Source: Kudoa neothunni
Lineage: Eukaryota > Animalia > Cnidaria
Length of the DNA stretch: 64,000 bases
Assembly (NCBI GenBank): GCA_964304625.1
Contig: OZ199839.1
Span: 11,822,479-11,886,478 of the forward strand
Direction: 5' to 3'
Part shown: piece after piece, positions 13,701 through 25,705 of the stretch
How positions within the stretch are numbered: the stretch's first letter is position 1
How the letters are laid out: each line of letters starts with the position of its first letter
Made by a program: the position numbers and the translations under genes
The notes under the pieces: model-generated
Told to the model about the DNA's origin: nothing
The model's database searches: none
The model's input: only the letters and a program-made list of their open reading frames with translations

Positions 13701-14107
13701 AAAATGTAAGAAAACCAACACAGAACAATAAGGCGCGGGAGTAGTGACACCTGAGCAGATTAATTTTTGCTTATCTCAGATAATATTAATTATTGCTGTT
13801 AGAATTTGATATCTTCATTGAAATTTAGGTATACAATCGATTTAAAAACTTTAAAAGAATATAAGATAATTACAATAATTTGGAAAGTGTTTTATGTATA
13901 ATGTTGTATACAATTAACAACATATTTTAAATATTAAAAATTTTCATGTTTCTAATAAAATCTTAAATATATCTCTATATTAAAATAAGAACCATATCGG
14001 CAAAAAAGCATTCGCAGGAGTGAATGGGGAGAAAATTATTGTTTAGGAGATTTGGAGAATACATGTTTTTTGGGGTCACTGAGTGACCCCACCTCGTACA
14101 GCCAGGG
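10718..14107 (-). mobile_element. piggyBac element with decayed transposase (~13640-12514, resuming ~11514-11400)
   Basis: TTAA duplicated at 10714-10717 and 14108-14111. Subterminal IRs CTGT.CGAGGTGGGGTCACT.AGTGACCCC at both ends. Motifs ITMDE, FRVYIKSKP, GVTISNFFASLPLA, GTIRPNKR, HYNKTNGGVD. Several frameshifts/stops. Confidence 0.93.
11515..12513 (-). mobile_element. Merlin (ISXO2-like DDE) transposon nested in the piggyBac transposase
   Basis: TIRs GGTTAAATTACAGTATACGTGTCTGGCC / GGCTAAAATACAGTATACGTGTCTTGCC (rc). ORF with QIDET..KRKYGVGR..WMIGG..IWTDGWGGY, plus upstream CxC..CxxC zinc ribbon. Decayed. Confidence 0.9.
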
Positions 14108-17100
14108 TTAACTGAGGGTTGGGAAGATGATGAAGACGATTCAATTGACGACAATAATTAGAAAACTCGCTTAAATAATAATTTTTATTCTTTTAATAAC
14201 ACTATTGTATTTTCGTTGCGGCCTTGGGTTTTTTTCGATAATCTCATTGGACGTCCTGGTGCAAATAGACACTTACATTTGTTTACTCTGGAGTAGAGTT
14301 TCTAAAAAGCGTGAACCTGAGGAAATTGTGGTTTTTAGAACTCAGACTAAACAAACCTTATTTCGATATACTCTCAAATCTAAAAATTAACATAATCACT
14401 CCATAATTATCGAAAATTTAATTTAAATAAGTTCATGCTTATAATGCATTAAAGATAAAGGAAGAATTTTATTTGTATTATTCTCCTTAAAAACGTCTAT
14501 TTTCTTCATAAAACGTGGACATTTATTAGCCTGATTCTAATAAGCCAGCGTATATAGCTGTCAAAAATGGTGAACGTTACGAAAAGACGTGATGCACGAT
14601 GAGAAAGCGCGATACATACGGCTCCAAAAGATCGAGCGTATAAGGATTATCCTCTAGTTCGAGGAGATTAAGTCAATGTATTAACAAGATCGTGTGATTC
14701 GTTCACAGTGGATTTTTGTAATCAATGTTAGGAGAAATTTTCTTAATAAAATTCAGCAGTGCATTATTTTTTGGAATAACTTATTTATTTCTTTTAAAAT
14801 ATCAGCTAAACTACAGTACTACAGTATCTGTGTAGAACTTCGGGTGGTGTCGCATATAAAATCGGAAATAAATCTCAAGTCGAGCACGTTCGGATTCACG
14901 TGGAATCTCTGTTGTTTATAAATACATCAAAAAAATTATTTCTCCATAATTTTAATAAATTCGAAATCTTTAATTGTTCACAGAATTTTTTTTATTTGTA
15001 TTTGTTAGTAATAAGTTTGTAGATGTTCAATCTTGACTTCGTATTTTAAAAACAGAACTTTTTGATTTATTCTATTCAAACTTATAAACAAGCAGTTTCA
15101 ATTTAACTACGGCGTGATTTAATGTGGCTTTTAGTTTATAAATTTTTTCTCATAATTTATTCATGATTAAAAAAATGTTAGAACAATATTTGTTCCAAAA
15201 TTCCAACATGAAAATTGTTAATATACTTTATTAAGATATCTTTGTACTTATATCCATTGAGTAACTAAAAATAAAAATATTAAATAATTTTTTTTTAATT
15301 GAAATGAACTTTAAAGTAAAGTTATCGTCATAAATCAAAAGATACGATTTTTAAGCATTTTAAATTAAATACATTGTAGATAATAATAAGTCGAAAGCAT
15401 TTTTTTAATATTTATCTCAACAACAATAAAAATGGTGTAAAACCTAAAAAGTAACATTTATTACCTAGTTTTTTAATATAAAGTGAAATATTATGTCATA
15501 TTTTATAATCTACATAAATATTTTTGTGTGGTTGAATGTCTCATGCGTTTTAACTTAATATAATTAATTTACTTGGATGTATTGTCTATCAAAATCCTTA
15601 ATAATCCTCATTTTAACACATAATCACCCTCGATTTTTTAAACGCCTAGTGATACATGATGCATTTCGGGTTCATCACGCTGAATCATATGCGTGACGTG
15701 ACACGCGTAGAGACCCTACTTCGGAGTGATAGTCAATTAGAACGAACTTTCACTCATTATATATAAAGAAAATATGTTAATTTTTCTATAGAATGATTAA
15801 AACTGTTATATATGCCGTATGGAATAATTTTAACGTAAATAACGCCATTAGCGCCATATTTACAAGTAATGTTGCATTTCCCTTAAAATTTGTGGCATAA
15901 CCAAATTTTTTAAGAAATAAATTCACTTTTAACACATTAAATATACATTTAAAGCAAAAGGGTTCATGATCATGTTAAATAAAACACATAGTTTGAGATT
16001 ATAAGTTGTTGTCATGCTGGAATAACTTGGGAATTTATACACATTCTAAAAAAGATGTAAGCTGTGTGTCGTTTTTACGTGATTAGAACTTTCTGATAAT
16101 CTCTTAAATGAAAATTATACTCCATCGGAATTCTTGAAATTGAAATTATATTCATTTTCTAATATGTTTTTACACATTTTTTGGTTTTCATGCTCTTTCT
16201 TACGGAAAAACGGGCATAATTAATTTAATAATTTTCTATATTCGATGAGATAATGTTATAAATAACGTTTATGCTCCTATAAACTTGATTATTTCCAACC
16301 TTCAAATTTTAATGTTAAATCTCAAAACAACAATATGTTTTCTTTCGGATAAAAATAATTCAGAATGGCATAAATACTGCGTAAAAATATGACATACCTC
16401 GTGCCATAGATAATTGAAGAATTTATATCCAAGATTACTCATTCATCAAATAAAATCTATTCACACCATGTAATATCTTGGTTAATATAAAATTATTTGT
16501 TCATTCTATTTAATTGATATTTTTATAAAGTTCCCTCAATCCGAGAATAATTAAATAAAAAGTTATTCCTATAATATAAAATGGTACGTTTATTTTTAAA
16601 AAGGATTACCCCTTCCAAGAACCAATTAACATTTAACATTACTGTAAGTTTTCGAGCTAAAAACCCATCTATATTTTAGATTTAACCATATTTTGTTAAT
16701 TGAATTACATTTATATAAGAATCAAAAAATAGTGTTAAAAGAATGAATGTATAATTTCCCCATTCAACAATAAAATTAAAAGTTAAAATTTTCCATCATC
16801 CAGTACCAGACGAAACTGGGAATTGGCGCTAATATTTAATAAAAACTATTTCTGTAAATACTAATTTCATATTCAAGTGTTTTCATCAAGATTTTACGGA
16901 CCTTTATTATGTTATCTATTTGAATTCATTATTTTGATGTCAACTTTATTGGTTCTGTAATCACATATGCTTTGTTATATGATAGAATAGTTAAAATAAA
17001 CTTTTGTGAGTAGAATTAAATTATTATGGGAATTAATCATAGAAAATATTTTCGCATTTCAACAAGATCTAACACATTCCTTTCGTTAAATATTTGTTAA

Positions 17101-17205
17101 GTAAAATTTCATTCAAATAAATAGCATTGATTCTTCTAAGTAATTGCTAACAAATTACTCAATATCAATAACTTATTATATTTTTCATTTGTTTATATTA
17201 ATATT

Positions 17206-20202
17206 CTACCGCTTGGATGGTTCAACTGAAATATTTACACCCTAATGTAATTATGAATACATGGAAATTATTAATAGGAAGAAAAATAAAATTTTTTCAA
17301 AATGTGATAAATTTATATTAAGATTAAAAAACAAAATCCAAATCTATAATAGTAATCACTTTATTATTGTTTTTCAAAGTTATCACGTTGTACATATAAA
17401 AAAATAAATAATTTAATATTTTTAGTTATTATTATAATTATTGACTCAATCTTTTAATAAGAAAGTCATAAATTAATCTAAGATATTATTAAACATGTAA
17501 TAATATAATTTATTACCTGTGAAGGAGAGCAATGGAAACAATTACACCAAATATTAATAAAACCATTTCTATATAAGAGATAATTGGGTCGATTTGTATA
17601 AAAAATACCCCAAGAAATAAATCGAGCGATATTTTTATCCGCAAAGGCATCACTAAATATTATGTACTTTTATTATAATTTAATTAACTACATTATAAAT
17701 GATATTAAATAAGAAATTATACAACTCTCTTTTAAGATAACTCATACAAATTTTTCGTAATTAAGAAACATCAATACCTGTATATAAATATTGAAGGAAT
17801 AAACGTAATATTTTGAATCTGTTTGTGGTATTCTGGTCTATAAAATATAAAGGCTGAATATTTTCTAATATATTCGTTTACATAATATAAGAAGAGCATC
17901 GCCCATTTTGATTACAATACTATAATAATAAAAAAATAAATATATAAGTGAATTTTACTTTATTCGAAGGACACACAATGTTTTTACATAAACTGAAATC
18001 CTTATATTCACTCTCACATATACCATCAATGCATATCTAATTTTTTATAAGGTGTATAATATTGTTGTTTGTACTGTTCCAGATGGACATAATATATTTA
18101 GGCATTTGTTTCTATTTTCGCTAGCGTCCACGCATCTATTATTCATACACATCTAAAAATTAATTAAAATCCTTTATATATCTAATAAAATACTTTATCT
18201 GTTCCACAATTTTGACCATTCGGAACAAAACCCAAGAAATTATCTGAAGTTGTCGGAACTACATACCTATGAATACAAAACGATTGTTTACAATTTATTA
18301 ATTTAAATTACGGGCAGTAGCCACCTGGATATTTTGTTCCATCAAAAGTAACCACGTTCGGCGGGTAAAAACAAGGCAAAAATCCACATAAAGTATTACT
18401 AATAAAAAGTAATATTTTTAGTCAGAATATTTATATACAATGATTTCCTGTATTTCGAACCTAATTCGACTTTGATGTCAGAAGCTAATAACTCATCACA
18501 TATATGATTATACGTTATTTTTGCTATTGTTGGTTAGATTTTTCTGTGTAAAACAATTTCTTACTCGAATTATGCAATTGGATACACTGATGAGTTACAT
18601 CCGGACATACGCCATTTACACAGTATGACTGTTGAAATATTAATAACTATACACAAAATAGTTTTATCTAATTACAGGTCCATTATTCGAACTACAAGGA
18701 GTCCCATCAGACTTTTTATTGGATATTGGACACTATTTTCTAAATAACTGAAATTTTATTATACAAAATTAATTACAAACGGGCTTTTTCCATCACATGT
18801 TTCCCGCATATGACATTCTTCCGTTTCATGGCATATATTACCTTCATTAATCTGTAGAGAATAAGAAAATATATTTAATTTATTCCAAGAATGTGACTGA
18901 AAAGAAATCACTTGACATTGAATACAACATTCTCCTTTGGAGCACTTAGCGGGGGGTTTAAATTTACAATTCTTATAATCACAACACCTAATTTCACCAC
19001 TCCGAATACAATTTTCCTCAAAGCCACAGTCACACTCTTCCCCAGGATCCACCATACCGTTCCCGCATACTTGAAATGTGGGGTGGTTCACATTGTTCTA
19101 ATTTATATGGATTATCAGTTATTTTTGTGAAATCATATATACTATCAGGAAATCATTTTTGTGATAATTACGAAAATGATGTTTCATAAAATCAAACGAT
19201 CTTGCACTAAAATATGGAGGATATGGAAGATCTTTTGGCCTTTAAAAGAATTGATACATAAAGGTTATAAACAGTAACCGCAATAGACAAATTTATACCA
19301 TTCAAAAGTCCAGGGCTGCATAATACAACCATGGATTCCTATGGGACAATGAATACCTATAATTTGCTTACTAAGAATAATATAATTTGTGTTGACTCGT
19401 TTCCAAAACATGTTGGCATCCAAACAAATGTCCCAACTCGTGCGAAAATCTCAACGGCATTAAGTTATGGTATGCATAAATTTTTTTTGGTATCTAAAAC
19501 TAAATATCATTTGAATTAGATGTAATATTCTACTTTTACTAATGCGGATCCAAAAACTGGATTATTAAACCGACTATAATATGCTATACCCTTTAATATT
19601 CTATCATTGGAGGGACGATTGTAGCTAATCATGTTGTATTATCAACAGAAAACTAAAATATTACACAAACAATATGTGAAAACCGTAATTGATGGACGAT
19701 TCCTTTAAGAATCGCCGAAATTTAGCTCCCATTATTTCTAAATTGGAACCATTTTCCTTAAATTTACTTATCTGAAAAGTTTTCACTATTATTTTAATGT
19801 TATGCCATGCAAATATCTAAAAATATATAATTTAATGTATGATTTTGCTAAACATAAATTACCTGCATAGAGCTTATCACTGTGTCTCGTATTAATGAAG
19901 GATTGTTTGAATCTAACTCAATCTATTACGAAATAAAAACCATATTGAATTTTGTTTACAGTGCTTTTTGCTAAATGGATATTAATTTGAACATAAATAG
20001 TATTTTTAAATCTTTTTAGACGTTTTTGATTTTCCCATAGCTAAATATTAAACATTCATGCCGTAAAACAGCGGTTATACCTTCATTTTTTCAACCCTCC
20101 CTAATCCATCGACTAAAGAGTTAATTTCAAATTATTTTCTAAAATTGCATAGTTACTTTTCGAAAATAAAAATATAGGTATGAATACTGAGCATAACTTC
20201 AT
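17206..20202 (-). CDS. ADAM-family metalloprotease-disintegrin, paralog 1 (multi-exon, last exons approximate)
   Basis: ATG 20202 MKLCSVFIPIFLFSK signal-like; RLKR at 20011-20022; zinc motif HELGHLFGCQH (19410-19442); Met-turn GCIM; disintegrin CGNGMVDPGEECDCG; Cys-rich and EGF-like exons; TM MVLLIFGVIVSIALL near 17520-17570. Most introns about 40-50 nt. Confidence 0.88.
17783..19163. repeat. 1381-bp direct repeat, copy A (copy B 26029-27409)
   Basis: Constant offset of 8246 with no indel. Only two substitutions spotted by eye (18015/26261, 18560/26806). Confidence 0.97.
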
Positions 20203-22185
20203 CTGTATTTTACTCCTACGATAATTGCGATACAGTAGTAAGTAGCTTATTAAACACAGTACTAAGAATATTCCCTATAATTTAAGTTACGACTAATTTA
20301 ATGATTTCACGTTCTCAATTGTAAAAATAATTAATTTTATAAAAAAGTTTAAACATTTTTCTGAGCCAAATGATACGATGAGGATTTTATCATCTCCCAT
20401 GGCAAATACTTTTACATAATGTACTAATTCCCATCCTATGCTAACGCCCTTCATTATTTATTTAGAATAGACAAACGTATTCTCCTTTATTAAATAATTT
20501 ATTTCATTATTTGAAATACATTTAATTTAACCTTTCCCGGACCTCAATTAATACATTTCGTGGGCTGTTTGACTTTAATATACCATATTTTGTTTTTTAT
20601 AATTTTTTTTCAGCAATTTTGTCGTAAAACGTATATATATCTATATATGGGGTATTCCGTTGTTGTTTTTTTCCAGATATTAAATGTTGAACCACAATGA
20701 TGAATTGGTGAAAGATCCTAGGATTTATTGATTACTGAGAGAATGAGATGTATTATTAACTTGGGAATTCAGATTTTTTATTATTTTTAAAGTGAGTGGA
20801 ATTCAATTTCAATTCTACCGAAACCATGATTTTGTTATTGTTTCCTTTAATACTTCGGTGATTTTTTGATTATATTAGTACTGATTTTTGTTTAATATTA
20901 ACGAATGTGTTGAGTATCATATTGGCAGTGGTTATTCTTACGTTAAAGAATATCCTCTAGAATAACTTATTGAAATATTGAATCAACATTTTTGAGTTCA
21001 TATATGGGTATAGCTATTTTTATTTTCTCGAAAATAGAATTTTATTATGTTAACCTTTCGTTAAAAATTTGGCTATTGTGGAGCGCGTGGCACCTCCATT
21101 TTTAGCGTTTTTACGACTTTTATCGTTTAAAATGGTTCTAAAAAATCTTATATGCCATTCTCATCTGGAATTTACAAAACTTTTTTACAAAATTACAAAA
21201 ATAAATTTTTCATCTAATCGCATATGGGATGGTGAAGTCAATAACATAATCCTCATGTTAAACACTGGCTTCTATATTTCACCATGAAGGAAAATGAATG
21301 TGATGACAATTCGTGCACTCAAATGTTTATTTTATTTTTTTCATGGTATTATAATGAAATCAAATTAACAATAAGCCATTATAAAGGTCGTTGTTCAGTC
21401 ATGTAGAATATTGAAACTTACTCTATCACCATAGCATTTTTTCATATTTATTCTATCCTAATTAAAGCTACATATTTATTTTTAGTATTATGAATTTTAA
21501 TTGTCAAAACGCTACATTACCAGAGGTAATTATTGAGCGTTATATGATAAATTTTCTTCTAAACTCTGCATAGAATGTGATTATTAATTTGTAATTAACT
21601 ACAATACTAGTTACTAACAAAGTTAGCAATTGAGAATAATTTTTAGAACTGAACATTATTTTGACGAATTATTATTAATGAAAAATTAACTGTGTTATAT
21701 GTAAGTGAGTTTATATTAATTTTTTTGTTTGATCAATTTTGAACATCGTTATTTATTCTCGATTAAATGTAATATATTTTATTTTTTTAAGTTTTAAAAA
21801 AATATTTTAGTGAATATAGCATTAATTTAATCAATATATCCTAATGATGTCTCTTATTAATACTTTTTTGTAACAAACAAAACTCGAACTAAATGCTCAT
21901 AATATGTTGTAATTCCAAGATTTTTTATAAAATAATATTTTAAAATTCATTCATAAAATAGAAATCAATATATTTCCTATATCAATACGAAGTATGATTA
22001 ATTTTGCCATCAAAGCATGTCGGTGGTTTCTCTCATCTTTATTGCGGTGATGCAATGACAGAAACTTATTTTTATTGAAAAATTTATATTGAGACAGTGT
22101 TATGAGTATGGACAAACTATTAATATTCTATATTTCTGAACAACAGCCATTAATAATGATTAACTGCTAATTTTTTTAGAGATAA

Positions 22186-22795
22186 TCCTTTCTATGTATA
22201 TAAAGTAGTAGTGTCCGTGTATGTGCACTAATCTTCTCCTCATACGGAGACTTTCTTTAATATTGGAGTTTCTTGGTATGCTTTAAAAAATACAAAATTA
22301 ACTACAAAAATACAACGGGATTGTCTGCTTTCTTATAAAGTGGTGAATTTGTAATGTCAACTTTTTGTAAACAGATTAGTGCTGACAATAATAAGATTAC
22401 TTTATCATGTGATTCGCTACAATGTTCAATAATATGCGTATATAACTTTAATTGATATAGATTGAATACACCTGAAACTTTAACTTTACTCTTTTTACAC
22501 TTTAAACTAAGTTAACAAGTTCTACAACATTCGTTGATGCGAAGGCGGGACTTGGCGTAAACAAAGATTTGTTGTTTAAATTGGAGATTAATTATCCGCA
22601 CGAGTTGCAAGAACTTATGATTCCTAAAAGAAAATAAAGTCCAATAAAGAAGAAAATGAAAATGATCGTTTATTAATGTTAATTTTACTCAACTTTATCT
22701 TCAAAAGAAAGATAAAATAATTATATTTGATTTTTAACAAAAATGACCTTGGCCTATTCAAGGCATAAGTCAGTGTGGCGGGGTTTTTGCGCTAG
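22186..22795 (+). mobile_element. Non-autonomous Helitron-like element
   Basis: A|TC start followed by TATGTATATAAAGTAGTAGTGTCCGTGT, matching the 5' end of the 24248-25296 copy. GC-rich 3' segment ends CTAG|T. Confidence 0.6.
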
Positions 22796-24247
22796 TTTGA
22801 TATAAATGATTAGGCGTGAATTATTTTGTTGAGCTTGGAAAAAGTAATTACATCACAGAGTGAAAATTAGTATTTACAATAATATATGTTGGCATGTAAT
22901 TTCAGTCGTATAATTGCTTCCAAAGTTAACATTGCCACATCGTATTTAATCTATGCAACAACTGTATTATGAAACATTTTGATTATGTTTTTAATATTTA
23001 TTCTTTTTTTATTCCTAATAATACTAATTTATTGTTCAACATATTCTCTCTTACAATTTTGTATCAAGTAATGATGTTAAAGTGCTGAGTAACAATGTGT
23101 TTTGTAGACATAATTATAACATCGATATTTAAAGATGTCTTATTTCTAAAATAAAAAAAAATGTAATTATTAGATATTTATAATTTAGAAAAAAATAATT
23201 CCTGTTGGGGCTGATAGTTAGTCTTCGGCGTCAAAGATATAATAGCACACATTATCTTGGTCGGTACCTGTGTGTATTAATATACAGTTGGCGCTAACTA
23301 TATAAACACCCTTATATTAGCCTCTATATTATTATTGTTATATTCGAACGATGGTTCCTTGCCCTAACAAATTCCAACAAAAATAACAATACAAGAAACA
23401 TACAATCACATGCTATTGTAATTTCATGATTAATTCGTCAACAACAATTATCAGGATATAAAAAAAATATATAAACTAAAACTAATCTCTTGAAATTTCA
23501 CAGTAAATTTTTTATTTCAGGAATTGAAATCTAACGTATACAAATTGCATTTTCTTCCTATAACCTTTAAGTATATACAATATAACAATAATAGACTGCT
23601 TTTCATTGATTAAAAATCATAAAAAGAAACTAGTCGTAGAAGAGTTGTTTTAATGATCCAATAGAGTTGAAAACAACGGAAAACAAAAATGCGCACAACG
23701 ATGCGCACGCTGATTTAGCCCGAAGGGCAAATGTCATAATTTTTAGGATGATTTTTGAATTTTTTCTTTCCACTCAATATTTAAAAAATAATGTAAAACA
23801 AGTTTTGAATATAATAGGGATTGTCGAACATACGGAAAAGACTAAATTTGGTGAGGCACATACTCCCCCATTATTCTATTTATTTTATTAATAACAATCT
23901 TAAAAGAATTGGCGATAAAAAAGATGCACAATAGGGTACTTTTCAGGTGTTATAGACTTTATAATTACCGATATAATAACTCTCCCTTACAGTCAGTCAT
24001 TATTATTATTATGTTCCTCCTTGGGGGATAGACAAAAATGTGCGCAGTATACACGCAGCCACATATTTTTAAGTTGTGGATCTTATTCTTACTGATAATT
24101 TTATTGTGCAAAAAATTTAAAAGTTAATAAAAAAGTAAATGATTATATTACGGGTTTTCATTAGGAATCTTTGCCCTAATATCATAAAGTGCGTTATATT
24201 GATGATACGCAGCAACTCGTTATTACTGAATGCATGTTTATATATAA

Positions 24248-25296
24248 CTGGCGGGAATTGTCCAGCTTTGCTTGAGAATTTAAAGCACTGAAAAATTTCT
24301 TAAAAATATTCAAAAATGATATTGATATTTCAAATTAACCTATCGATGCATTCAAACTAAAAATATTTTTCAAATTATATTTTAACGAAATGAATACGAA
24401 ATTTATGATCATTTCTGTGAAGGAGTGTATTGACCCCAGTGCTCATTTAAAAATTTCGTGGCCCGGGACCGACTTTAAGTAGTATTTGTTCATGTAATAT
24501 TTTTTGCAATGCTTTTTTGGGGTGGCAAAAAAGATACAGAGATAGAAAAAAATAGATGAAAATTAATTGATACTGCTAAAATTAGCATAGCCTGGCCCGG
24601 CATAAACATTAATGCACTTTTCCCAAACAAACAGCTGAAAATCGTTTTAATATCAACATAAATAATTCAATTAATAAGATGACGTAAAAGTACAACCATC
24701 TGCTTAGAATTTAATCACTGAAAGTTCAACATAGCGGACGATTTCAATGAAATCTACGGACACAATATTTCCATTATAAAGCTTCATTCAATATGATTTT
24801 AACGTTCCCCACCAATTTTTTATTCATGAAACATATGTAAATTTTTTAACATATCTAATACTATTAATACAACCTTCAAAATGAGTTTATCATGTTAAAT
24901 ACATTAAAAGTCCACAAATAAAGAGTGAATTTGCACGAACACCTAAATTTACACACTAAATTTATATACAAAGTCAGATAGCAGCAGTTAATCAACATTT
25001 GATAGAGCATATAAAGGGGAAATTAACTTCAACCAACCATCTTCAGGTCATATGCAGGGGTTAATCCTATTGTTGAACATTAGTAATCCGATAAATAAAC
25101 CTTAAATCGACCAAATCACCATTATTTAAACACTTCTAGGAACATTTTGTAGTGTGAAAATGATTTAAAGATTTTCTGAAACATTGTGATCTTTACAAAA
25201 CTTCATAAATGTCTCTTTAAAAGGAAAAAATGTGGATTCACATGCGTCCTTGCTGACACACACACACGGGCACTACTACTTTATATATATAGAAGA
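24248..25296 (-). mobile_element. Non-autonomous Helitron between the ADAM paralogs
   Basis: On -: A|TCTTCTATATATATAAAGTAGTAGTGCCC(GT)n start and CAAGCAAAGCTGGACAATTCCCGCCAG|T end. Body (24250-24780) is homologous to the reverse complement of ~57620-58280. Confidence 0.72.
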
Positions 25297-25705
25297 TAGT
25301 ATATAGTAAATATGATTTTAATATATAATTATGTAACTATTTGATATCTACATCTATCGAAACTCGATTGTTTCATGTGCGTATATTTAAACTATTATAG
25401 AGGTCAATTAATCATTTTTTAATAATTTTATTTATACGTGAATTAATTCCAAAGAAAATTATTCCTTTATTTTTTAAATTGAGACAACCTATCGAATTTC
25501 TAATGAATGATAATTATGATAAATTGTGACTGAAAAATTTAATAAAACATGCTACATTATTATTTCTTAGTCATTTTTTAATAAAAAGACAAAAAAATAC
25601 ACAAAAGAATTAAAAAATATTTAACTGATATTGAAAATTAGTTACGTTGGTAAAATTAATGATACTATGGAATGAGATCAATTATATTTATTACAGTACG
25701 AATTG

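Larger units (their letters stand above)
9943..14274 (+). mobile_element. hAT-derived non-autonomous element, copy 1, split by a piggyBac (own sequence 9943-10717 and 14108-14274)
   Basis: Inverted termini AAGTGTCTATTTGGACCAGGACATCC / GGACGTCCTGGTGCAAATAGACACTT. Internal PATVNVERIYSIMNTVKTKQTNTLK (~10480-10555) resembles the hAT C-terminal dimerisation motif. Colinear with 46016-46940. Confidence 0.75.

Noticed and set aside
16100-16500. Minus-strand stretch with LWHEVCH (HExxH-like)
   Set aside because: Multiple in-frame stops and no supporting motif or splice structure; could be chance or an unidentifiable relic.
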